Shown here: piece after piece, positions 26,278-34,298 of the stretch
Numbering within the stretch: position 1 is the stretch's first letter
Layout of the letters: each line of letters opens with the position of its first letter
DNA from: an uncultured Candidatus Bathyarchaeia archaeon
Lineage (GTDB): Archaea; Thermoproteota; Bathyarchaeia; RBG-16-48-13; JAGMEO01
Direction of reading: 5' to 3'
NCBI GenBank assembly: GCA_964611975.1
Contig: CAZTBK010000004.1
Location: 319-35,735, forward strand
Length of the DNA stretch: 35,417 nt
The notes under the pieces: model-generated
The model's input: the letters and a program-made list of their open reading frames with translations, nothing else
Told to the model about the DNA's origin: nothing
Databases searched by the model: none
Position numbers and translations under genes: made by a program

Positions 26278-27600
26278 ATGCATATAAGAGAGTTTATTGA
26301 GCTTCTTCGGAACGAGGGATGTTTGAAGGAGATTTCGGAGACCCTTTCTACAAAGTATGAGATTCCGTATGTACTTAAAAAATACGATGGTAAGAAAGCA
26401 GTTTTATTTACAAGCGTTAGGGGTTACAAAACGCAGATTTTCGGCGGCGCCCTCTGCAGGAGAGAATTTATAGCAAAGGGGCTGCAAACCTCACCTGAAA
26501 AAGTTCTCCAGAAAATAATACAATCCATGAAGAAACCTGTTAAACCTAAGGTCTTCAGCGATGGAGCATGCCAGGAGGTGGAGAGAGACGACGTGGACTT
26601 AATTCATGATTTGCCCATATTGACGCATTATGAAAAAGACGGTGGTCCATACATAACGAGCGGCATCGTGCTTGCCAAGGAACCTGAAACTGGAAGGGTG
26701 AACGCATCTTACCATCGAATGATGGTTATTGGGAAAGATAAGCTTGCGGCGCGCCTAGTAGAGGGTCGGGACCTCCACAGGTTTTATTCACAAAGCGAGT
26801 CTAAAGGGAGACCCCTTGAAGCAGCCGTGGTTATAGGGGCTCCTGTGGAGTTGCTCGTTGCCGCCGCTACTTCCCCTGGCCAGATGTGTGAGCTCGATGT
26901 GGCAGGTGGCCTCACCGGTTCTCCGTTAGAGCTAGTACATTGCAGAACAATCGACATCTCTGTCCCCCGTTATGCGGAGATGATCTTGGAGGGAGAATTC
27001 CTCCTCGAACATGCAAAAGAGGGCCCCTTCGTTGACGTCACAGGTTGCTATGACACCATCAGAGATCAGCCTGTTTTCGAGGTGGGCGCCCTCACCATGA
27101 GGGAGGACGCCCTCTATCAAGCTCTGTTGCCGGGCGGGATGGAGCATAAGTTGTTGATGGGTTTACCTCGTGAGGCTAAAATACTCGATACCGTTAGGTC
27201 AGTCAGCAAGGTCAGCGATGTCTCCCTTTCCATGGCAGGGTCGAACTGGCTAGATGCCATCATATCCATTAGGAAAACCCATCCGAACGAGCCATACTTG
27301 ACGGGTATGGCTGCGCTCACAGCTCATTACAGCCTTAAGAGGGTAATTATAGTTGACGATGACGTTGACGTCAGGGATATGTTGGCCGTTGAGAAGGCGA
27401 TCATAGAAAGGGCCCATCCTGCTGAGGATTACTTCATCATCAAGAATGTAAAGGGATCGACGTTAGACATGAGCGTGCTCCGTGAAGGAGGTGTAAAGTT
27501 GGCGCCTGCGAAGTTGATAATAGATGCCACGATCAAGGGAGAAAGGATGTTCTTTGAGAATGCTAAGATTCCAGTAAGAAAAAACTTTAAAGCGCCTTAA
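26278..27600 (+). CDS. UbiD-family decarboxylase, likely anhydromevalonate phosphate decarboxylase
   Basis: 440 aa. GGPYITSGIVLAKEPETGRVNASYHRM and the rest of the UbiD-like layout. Divergently transcribed from the AcnX pair. Confidence 0.82.
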   Translation: MHIREFIELLRNEGCLKEISETLSTKYEIPYVLKKYDGKKAVLFTSVRGYKTQIFGGALCRREFIAKGLQTSPEKVLQKIIQSMKKPVKPKVFSDGACQEVERDDVDLIHDLPILTHYEKDGGPYITSGIVLAKEPETGRVNASYHRMMVIGKDKLAARLVEGRDLHRFYSQSESKGRPLEAAVVIGAPVELLVAAATSPGQMCELDVAGGLTGSPLELVHCRTIDISVPRYAEMILEGEFLLEHAKEGPFVDVTGCYDTIRDQPVFEVGALTMREDALYQALLPGGMEHKLLMGLPREAKILDTVRSVSKVSDVSLSMAGSNWLDAIISIRKTHPNEPYLTGMAALTAHYSLKRVIIVDDDVDVRDMLAVEKAIIERAHPAEDYFIIKNVKGSTLDMSVLREGGVKLAPAKLIIDATIKGERMFFENAKIPVRKNFKAP

Positions 27601-27652
27601 AATCACCCTTCTACTTTTTAAGGGGGTGAGTGTGATAGGACCCCTTTTCGTT

Positions 27653-28249
27653 TTAAGATCTGGCTTGTTTGATACTCCTTAAGACGACGTCGTAAACTTT
27701 CTCAGCGACTTCATCGAGCGGTCTATCTCCGTTTATAATAACCCAATTAAACTTCTTAGCGAGGCTTAAGTAAGCGGCTCTAACCTTCCTCTGAAATAAT
27801 ATGTCCCTTTCATAGACGTCCTTTTTCTTCTCCCTATGATAAGCGACCTCGGCAGGCACATCAATCACGATTACGACATCAGCATTCGGCAATCCCCTTT
27901 CTAGGTTGACCATCCAGTCTACGTCAAGGCCGTTCGCGAGCCCATAGGCTATGCCAGAAGGGGTATACCTATCGGCGATCACGACTTTGCCCATATCTAG
28001 CCAGCTCTGTATGTCTTTTTTCCTCTCAAATCTGTTTGCTACATATAGGAATTGTCTTACCTCCGGACCGTAATCCCTTTTACCTTGCAGGAACATCCTG
28101 ATCTCCTTGCCTATAGGTGTGTTGTAGTCAGGGAAGGAGATGACCTCAACTTCGTATCCGATCTTCATGAGCCTCGCGGCGATGATGCGTGCGGTGCTCT
28201 TCTTTCCTGATTGATCAAGCCCCTCTAAGCATACGAGAAACCCCCTCAA
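27653..28249 (-). CDS. tmk: Thymidylate kinase
   Basis: P-loop LEGLDQSGKKS and DRY motif (IADRYTPSG), 198 aa. Confidence 0.88.
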   Translation of the reverse strand: MRGFLVCLEGLDQSGKKSTARIIAARLMKIGYEVEVISFPDYNTPIGKEIRMFLQGKRDYGPEVRQFLYVANRFERKKDIQSWLDMGKVVIADRYTPSGIAYGLANGLDVDWMVNLERGLPNADVVIVIDVPAEVAYHREKKKDVYERDILFQRKVRAAYLSLAKKFNWVIINGDRPLDEVAEKVYDVVLRSIKQARS

Positions 28250-28382
28250 TTACATGAGCTCCCAAATGCTGTCCATAGTTAATTTAGTTACTTATGACTG
28301 AGATAGGTTTATATGTATAAAGAATTGAAAGGGAAACCGACTTTATTATCATTGCTGGCTCTATAGTAATCGGCGATAATTT

Positions 28383-28727
28383 ATGGGTAAAGAGGAAGAC
28401 TTAAAGAGGATGACCAACCTGCTCCGGCAGGGCGCGACGTTGCTCAGCATCTCCTGTCCGGCATGCGGCTCTCCCCTGTTCAGGTTGAGGAGCGGCGAAC
28501 TTTACTGCCCCGTCTGCCAGAAGCGCGTCGTGAGGGCTGAGAAGGAAGCGTTAAGGCTCTCACAAAGCGAGATCATCAGCTCATTAAACCGGACGATCTG
28601 CCGGAAGCTCATGGAACTTAATGAGTTAATCATGAAAGAAGAGGATCAGGAACGACTAAGCATCTACCTGAAGAACCTGATCTCATGGCTGGAAGCCTTA
28701 GAGAAGGCACAGCGGCTCAGCGCTTAA
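28383..28727 (+). CDS. UPF0148 / autoantigen p27-like zinc-ribbon protein
   Basis: LLRQGATLLSISCPACGSPLFRLRSGELYCPVCQ. Confidence 0.78.
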   Translation: MGKEEDLKRMTNLLRQGATLLSISCPACGSPLFRLRSGELYCPVCQKRVVRAEKEALRLSQSEIISSLNRTICRKLMELNELIMKEEDQERLSIYLKNLISWLEALEKAQRLSA

Positions 28728-28730
28728 TCC

Positions 28731-29012
28731 TTATTCTTTTATTACCTCTAGAAGAGAAACGACGTTCCATATGCGCGTCCTAGTGTACAATGGCATGTTT
28801 GGATCTAGGCTTATGTCGTCCATGATGCTTATGGCGTTCGCTGCTCTGACAGCTTGACTGAGTTCCTTATTGGATAGTATGTCCAAAGCTTCTTTCGCTG
28901 CCCTTCTGATGTTCCTCGGTGTTGTATTATCCTCACTGATTGTGGTGAGAATAGAGGATGCCTGCCTGATCCTCTCCTCATACTCAGCTCTTCTCTTCCT
29001 TCTAGAAGGCAT
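28731..29012 (-). CDS. UPF0147-family protein
   Basis: DNTTPRNIRRAAKEALDIL..AVRAANAISIMDDISLDPNMPLYTRTRIWNVVSLLE. Confidence 0.78.
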   Translation of the reverse strand: MPSRRKRRAEYEERIRQASSILTTISEDNTTPRNIRRAAKEALDILSNKELSQAVRAANAISIMDDISLDPNMPLYTRTRIWNVVSLLEVIKE

Positions 29013-29672
29013 ACCCTGGCCCCCCGATGAGATAAAAGCTCAATCTTATTTAAGAAGCTCAATTCCTGCTAATAAGGGTTCAGTTCACGTGAGCCCTACT
29101 TGATGACCATGAGGCCCAAGGCCTCACTAATCTCAGTCCCCTTGAGTTTATCAAGGATGCGCTATCAACTGAGAGATAATGCTTGGTCGGAAGGGGTTGT
29201 GAAGAGCTTATTACATAAAAGTGTTTTTCTATAATTCCCATGATAGCTAGTGGCAGCATGAAGTCGGCCCTGTGCTCTGCTCATAAAAACAGGGGGTAGG
29301 GAAGCCCACGACGTGACCGCGACATTCAAGGGCGCGGAACAGTGGTTGGTGTTATGACCCTGGAAGCTTTAGGTCTAGAGGGTTATCAACAACCAGAGAA
29401 CTCGAACCGCTGAGGCCAAAGGGAGTTATGTAACATCTAAAAACAGAAATCCTGAATAAGTCCGCTTTAACTTATCGATTAGGGCACCTTAAAACTATGA
29501 TAAAAACTATGAAGGATGTGGAGGGATAAAACTGAGGAATGAACGAACAAGACCTCCAATCATCGGAGTAGTTGGATCTGGTAGGGAAACTTCTGGTGGC
29601 CTCGCATACTCTTTAGGCAAGAGAATAGCCGAAAATGGCTTCATCCTCTTAACAGGTGGTGGATCTGGAGTT

Positions 29673-30035
29673 ATGGAGGAGGCATCGAGGGGGGCGCATG
29701 ATGCAGGTGGTCTAGTGATCGGTGTACTCCCAAATGAGCGGAAATGCCCTAAGCGAGGCTATCCGAATAAATATGTAGATATACCTATCTACACAGGGAT
29801 GTCCGATGCCAGAAATGCCATAAACGCTAAGACTAGTGATGTAATAGTTGCCTTAAAGGGAGGCGCAGGGACCTTATCCGAGATGGCTCTGGCTATAAAG
29901 AGTGGGACGCCGGTCGTTGGACTTGGTTGTCCAGCAATAGACATAGATACAGGCGGCCTCTTCGTGAGAGTCTCCTCGGTTGAAGAAGCGATGAGGGAAG
30001 TTAAAAAATTTCTAAGGAAACCTCTAACCGAGTAG
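29673..30035 (+). CDS. TIGR00725/LOG-like Rossmann-fold protein (track ORF; the conserved N-terminus lies upstream with no in-frame start)
   Basis: GVMEEASRGAHDAGGLVIGVLP..ALKGGAGTLSEMALAIKSGTPVV. In the same frame upstream (from about 29547) lies PPIIGVVGSGRETSGGLAYSLGKRIAENGFILLTGGGSG, but there is no ATG/GTG/TTG in that frame. Confidence 0.8.
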   Translation: MEEASRGAHDAGGLVIGVLPNERKCPKRGYPNKYVDIPIYTGMSDARNAINAKTSDVIVALKGGAGTLSEMALAIKSGTPVVGLGCPAIDIDTGGLFVRVSSVEEAMREVKKFLRKPLTE

Positions 30036-30047
30036 CGCGATGAGAAG

Positions 30048-30686
30048 TTGTCTCAGGTTAGACGTTTAATAGAGTATTACCAAACAAAAAAGAACGATAT
30101 TAAGAAAAAACTTCATGAATTTGAAGATGTTTTAAATCGGCCTGATGAAGAGGTCTTTGCTGAACTTTGTTTTTGCATATGCACACCGCAGTCAAAGGCC
30201 GTGCTTTGCGATAAGGCCATCGCTGCCTTGAAGAGGGAGAGGCTACTCATAAACGGAGAAGCTGACCAGATAAGGTCATTTCTGAAAGGGGTGAGATTCG
30301 CCAGCAATAAGGCCATGTATATCGTCAAGGCAAGGGAGTTGTTCAAAAGGGATGGTGAGATAAGGATTAAAGAGAGACTGGCGTCCTTTGATGATATTTA
30401 CAAGTTGAGATCGTGGATAGCAGAAAATGTTGATGGAGTGGGCATGAAAGAATCAAGCCACTTTCTAAGAAACATTGGCCTCGGGAAGGGCCTCGCGATC
30501 CTAGATAGACATATACTGAAAAACCTAAGGGAATTTGGCGTCATTGGGGAAGTAAGGAATCTTACAAAGAAGAGGTATCTGAGCGTAGAATCAAAGATGA
30601 GGGCTTTCGCGGAGGAAATTAACATACCAATGGACGAATTAGATCTATTGCTCTGGTCTAAAGAAACTGGAAAGATTTTTAAGTGA
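30048..30686 (+). CDS. ogg: N-glycosylase/DNA lyase (archaeal Ogg, 8-oxoguanine glycosylase type 2)
   Basis: HhH-GPD-type sequence: ELCFCICTPQSKA, VGMKESSHFLRNIGLGKGLAILDRHI (catalytic Lys and Asp). Confidence 0.82.
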   Translation: MSQVRRLIEYYQTKKNDIKKKLHEFEDVLNRPDEEVFAELCFCICTPQSKAVLCDKAIAALKRERLLINGEADQIRSFLKGVRFASNKAMYIVKARELFKRDGEIRIKERLASFDDIYKLRSWIAENVDGVGMKESSHFLRNIGLGKGLAILDRHILKNLREFGVIGEVRNLTKKRYLSVESKMRAFAEEINIPMDELDLLLWSKETGKIFK

Positions 30687-30798
30687 TTCAAGCTCATTTT
30701 CCTGAAAGGGATGTTCAACTTTTCTTGAGAAAAACGCTTTAATAATATATAAGATTATACTTTTTTAGGGGCTGATTCCTTCGTCCGAGATAACAAGC

Positions 30799-32118
30799 GT
30801 GCCCAGAGCCGAGCCTGAGTTTAGCGCATCTAAGGGGATAAGCGTCCCGGCTAAACCATGCCTCGTGCACGTCGGGAGCATAGGCACTTATGCCAGCAAC
30901 ATGTCTGCGAGGATCTGTTACCTTGCTCAGGCACTTGGATGCATGGGGATGTTTGGAAGCTGTCTGATCAGCGACTCTGAGATCGTGAACGTTGAGGCAA
31001 ACAGGCGTGCCCTCAAATTCATTAAAAGCGGGGTAATCGATAAGATCAAGGACATCATCAAACCGGTCAAGCGTGGAAAGAACTTCTTCTACACGACCTG
31101 GGGTCACCTTGGGTATGGGAAAAACGTCAATCGTGCGATCAGAAATGCTAGGTACTGGAGGCGAGACGTCCAACGGATAGAAGATGCCCTCCATAAGCAC
31201 TTTGAAGAGATCGGGTTTAGAACTAAGGTAGCGATCGTGGAGGAAGGTTTTGGCGGCACCAGCTTATCCCAAGGTGCTTACTTTCGCGCTCTGACCCGGA
31301 GGTACATCAGTGAGCTAGAGCATTACATAGGTATAGGGGTGATTGGTAAAGACCTACCGACCCAGCGTAACTTCAAGAAGTACTTCCCATTGCTCCTGGA
31401 GAGGGGCTTTAACCATAATGCTATGGTGTTATATGCGAATTGGCGCAGACCTCTTAAATTGGCGAGGAGGGAAATCGACTATCAAGTTGCCTATGGGGTG
31501 CTGGCGACCATCGCATCTTCGTTGTGGTGTCGAGATAAGCCAAGCATGATAGACATCTGGATGAACCTCGTAAGAAGCAGCCCGATAATCGCCGTTTCCA
31601 TAGATAATCAATACCTGCCGAGATATAGAAAGATGTTCCGGGAGCGAAAGGACAGCCCAGCCACGGTCAGCGTGCTGACATCTATGTTAAAGGGAGTTTG
31701 GCGAGATCCCAAAAAGTCTCTGCTTCGAGTCTGCGCTGACGCAGAAGAATTGGAGGGCCGAAAGGTTTTTGAGGTGGTCTCGGTGGTCGGGGACATCACC
31801 CGCGAAGAACTGGAAATCGCTGAAGAGTTAGCTGAACTCCCTGACACCGCTACGACTTTATTGCTAAGTTCTAGACGTATGAAAAAGATTTACGTCACTA
31901 GGTTTACTCCATTAGTGACAACCTCGCCTGAAATCGATAAAGTATTTAATGTGAAGCGTGAACCTGAAATGATCGAAGAGATTAGTGACCTCATCCCTGT
32001 TGGGAAGAAGCGTTATAATGAGTTGGTGGAAGAAGGGTTAAAGGACTATAAGGTCTTTGAGAAGGTCGTTGAGTTTCCAGTCGATGAGTTAGTTGGGGAG
32101 GCTTGGTCGTATGAATAA
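30799..32118 (+). CDS. Highly divergent FtsZ/tubulin-superfamily-like protein with degenerate GTP-binding motifs
   Basis: 439 aa, GTG start. Collinear weak matches to FtsZ landmarks: VHVGSIGTYASN (T1), GHLGYGKNVNRA (T3), VEEGFGGTSLSQG (T4), IGIGVIGKDLP, SMIDIWMNLV (T7/H8), FEVVSVVGDITREELEIAEELAE (C-terminal domain). The antisense ORF 30739-31200 is a shadow. Confidence 0.55.
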   Translation: MPRAEPEFSASKGISVPAKPCLVHVGSIGTYASNMSARICYLAQALGCMGMFGSCLISDSEIVNVEANRRALKFIKSGVIDKIKDIIKPVKRGKNFFYTTWGHLGYGKNVNRAIRNARYWRRDVQRIEDALHKHFEEIGFRTKVAIVEEGFGGTSLSQGAYFRALTRRYISELEHYIGIGVIGKDLPTQRNFKKYFPLLLERGFNHNAMVLYANWRRPLKLARREIDYQVAYGVLATIASSLWCRDKPSMIDIWMNLVRSSPIIAVSIDNQYLPRYRKMFRERKDSPATVSVLTSMLKGVWRDPKKSLLRVCADAEELEGRKVFEVVSVVGDITREELEIAEELAELPDTATTLLLSSRRMKKIYVTRFTPLVTTSPEIDKVFNVKREPEMIEEISDLIPVGKKRYNELVEEGLKDYKVFEKVVEFPVDELVGEAWSYE

Positions 32119-32932
32119 GTATGGTTTATTCTTACTTGTGGCTCTGCTCATGGTAACGCTGCCAGTCACATCAGCTGCATCAAGCGTCCAGGTTAAGTTA
32201 ATTGAATTCTATTTGGGTGGGGAATCTGTCGAGACCATAGCTAACCCCCCATCATCGAAAACGTTGACTTTAGGTTCCGAATATGTGGGGCAGGAAACCG
32301 CTCGGATAGTGATCACAGTGGTGAACCCTGATGGCATGAACGTCACATGGGACCTCTGGACTGGCCTCGTGGGATCAGCGATCAAGGGAGAGAGCGGGGT
32401 GCCCATTGGAGAGCAGACGAGCGGGAGCACTTGGAGAGCCACGACGGACGCTAAGATTATTATAATTACCGTTACGGGTACCGTTGACTGGGAGAACCTT
32501 CAAGAGGCAGCTCCTGTCATCATACTGCGCTACTCAACAAATGAAGACGTGTTGACTCCGCTATTGACCTTTAGCCTGAAGGTGTCTGAGCCTTCTGGTG
32601 GGCCTAAAGTGGAGGCACAGGCCGCTATCACGGAGCTGGAGACCGAGCTCTCCGGCTCAAACCTACCTGCATACAGGAGGAGTTACTATGAGTCACAGTT
32701 GTACAAAGCTAAACTATACCTTCAAAATGAGGCCTATGACAGCGCGTTGATCACGGCGCAGACGGCCCTAAATGACCTACGTGCGGAATTAGCTGAATAC
32801 AATAGCCCGGTGAACGTCGTATTTCGGTTCCTATATAACAATGTGATGTTGGTGGCCGGGTTAGCTGGTATAGCGGCTCTTGTACTGTTCGCTTCTAGGC
32901 TGTGGAAGGGAGGGCCTGTGACAATGCCCTAG
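32111..32932 (+). CDS. Signal-peptide protein with beta-rich ectodomain, helical stalk and C-terminal TM anchor
   Basis: MNKYGLFLLVALLMVTLPVTSAAS signal peptide, and a C-terminal hydrophobic helix VMLVAGLAGIAALVLFA. ATG 32111 overlaps the upstream TAA (ATGAATAA). The track start at 32093 is less likely. Confidence 0.72.
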   Translation: MNKYGLFLLVALLMVTLPVTSAASSVQVKLIEFYLGGESVETIANPPSSKTLTLGSEYVGQETARIVITVVNPDGMNVTWDLWTGLVGSAIKGESGVPIGEQTSGSTWRATTDAKIIIITVTGTVDWENLQEAAPVIILRYSTNEDVLTPLLTFSLKVSEPSGGPKVEAQAAITELETELSGSNLPAYRRSYYESQLYKAKLYLQNEAYDSALITAQTALNDLRAELAEYNSPVNVVFRFLYNNVMLVAGLAGIAALVLFASRLWKGGPVTMP

Positions 32933-33091
32933 CTCCTGCCCTCCTTTCATCAAAAACTGCCATTTTATAAAGCCCCTCATTATCCTCGTGATGCAAAGTG
33001 ATTTGAGGATAGATCACTTGATCCATAGTGAAAGTTTGCTTCACTAAGGGCTCTAATGTGGACGAGGGGAAAAAGAAAGAGGGGAATAATC

Positions 33092-34199
33092 CTATTCATA
33101 GAGCTTGGAAGCTAGGGCAGCTCCCTTGACAAGGCTTCTAAGCTTGAGCTTCGTCACCTTATAGCTCACGTTTCTAAGCCCAGCAAACGTCCCAAACCCA
33201 CAGTCCGGTGCCCCGAGAAGGTTCTCTGGTTTCACTATCCCCTCATCAACGAATCTGCATAAACTCTGCTTCACTGCTTCCGGCGTCTCTACAATCGGCG
33301 TCTTTACATCTATGACACCAGCAGCAAGCTTTTTTCCATCTGGCAGCGGGTGCTCCTTGAACGCGGTCCAGTCAGCTCTGTGCCTAGGATTTGCTAGTTC
33401 CAGCACATACGTCCCAACCTTCGCCTCATATATCTGAGGTAAGAGATCAACTAACGGAAAATCCTCATTGTGAGGACCAATGTAATTTCCGTAGCAGGCA
33501 TGCAAGGCAAGCTTATCTTTGCTTATTCCATCTATCGATTTGTTTAAAGCCTCCACATGAAGCCTCTGATATTCGATGTACTTTTCCTTCGTGAACTTGA
33601 GAAAAGGTCCAACCATAAGGAGGTCTGGCGAATCCAACTGAACTAATGCCCCGGCGTCCGTTAAAGTTTTATATTCACGATGCATGGCCTCAGCAAGTTC
33701 AAAGAGACGGTCTTCAGCCTGATAAAAGAACGCTAATACCCCCCGGCGATGCAGCTGGGACCTTAATAGTGACATCTAGAGGCGCGCCCCTCTCCTTCTC
33801 TACCTCCTTTAGAACCTCCTTCGAAAAATTATACTCCTTTAAGGCGTCTTCCTCTCCTATGTACTCAGGTTTGCTGACGAGTTTAGGGAAACGGAACAAG
33901 CTAGGCTCGATCGGCGGCATCTCCACTGGAAGCTCTGTTGGAACAGGAAGACTTACGAACTCTTTATCAGAGAATCCCTTTAGCCTTTTTTGCACATAAT
34001 GGACGTATCCTCTCCTTGTTAGCTCGCCGTTAGAGATTTCGTCCAAGCCTATATCCACCTGATCTCTTATCACCCTCCTGATGGCTATGTTAGAAAGCTC
34101 CCGTAGTAGGTCTGGTGGAAACTCAGGATCCTTTTGCGCTGCCAAAAGCCAGTCCGGCCTCTGTAAGCTACCTATAACCGTGGTTCGAATTTTCCCCAT
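33092..34199 (-). pseudogene. metE: Cobalamin-independent methionine synthase (MetE C-terminal-domain)-like methyltransferase, split by a frameshift at a C6 run
   Basis: Two overlapping ORFs (33714-34199 and 33092-33775) are the N- and C-halves of one family member: TTVIGSLQRP..; VQLDSPDL; HACYGN; PDCGFG. Removing one G from the G6 run (plus strand C6 at 33739-33744) gives a continuous ..KVPAASPGVLAFFYQAED.. Confidence 0.82.
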
Positions 34200-34255
34200 T
34201 TTCCATCATCGAATGAAAGATAGGAGCGACATCTATTAATTTTTACTGAAAAAAA

Positions 34256-34273
34256 TATTCCTAAAGGAATATA
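34256..34273. promoter_or_regulatory. Inverted repeat ATATTCC-TAAA-GGAATAT in the divergent intergenic region
   Basis: Perfect 7-bp arms with a 4-nt spacer. It overlaps the AT-rich TATA-like sequence between the metE-like gene (minus) and the HTH-CBS regulator gene (plus). Confidence 0.3.
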
Positions 34274-34298
34274 TAGTACATAGGCGCAATTCTAAACC

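Noticed and set aside
29103-29234. 43-aa ORF MTMRPKASLISVPLSLSRMRYQLRDNAWSEGVVKSLLHKSVFL
   Set aside because: It falls below any sensible length threshold, has no motif, and overlaps the convergent end region of the UPF0147 gene. There is not enough evidence to call it.
29255-29425. Assignment of the structured intergenic segment to RNase P RNA, SRP RNA, H/ACA sRNA or a tRNA fragment
   Set aside because: AGGGAAGCCCAC only loosely resembles the RNase P CR-I motif (GAGGAAAGUCC), and no complementary GGGCUU strand or ACAGAA-type CR-IV/V motif is present. No SRP helix-8 GGAA/AGCA motif was seen. There is no ACA box after the basal stem. The GGTTCGAG-like string on the minus strand lacks a pairing T stem. 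The class is therefore left open.
30739-31200. Minus-strand 153-aa ORF overlapping the start of the FtsZ-like gene
   Set aside because: It is antisense to the 439-aa ORF, which has collinear family motifs. It has no recognisable motifs and would start inside the neighbouring promoter region.
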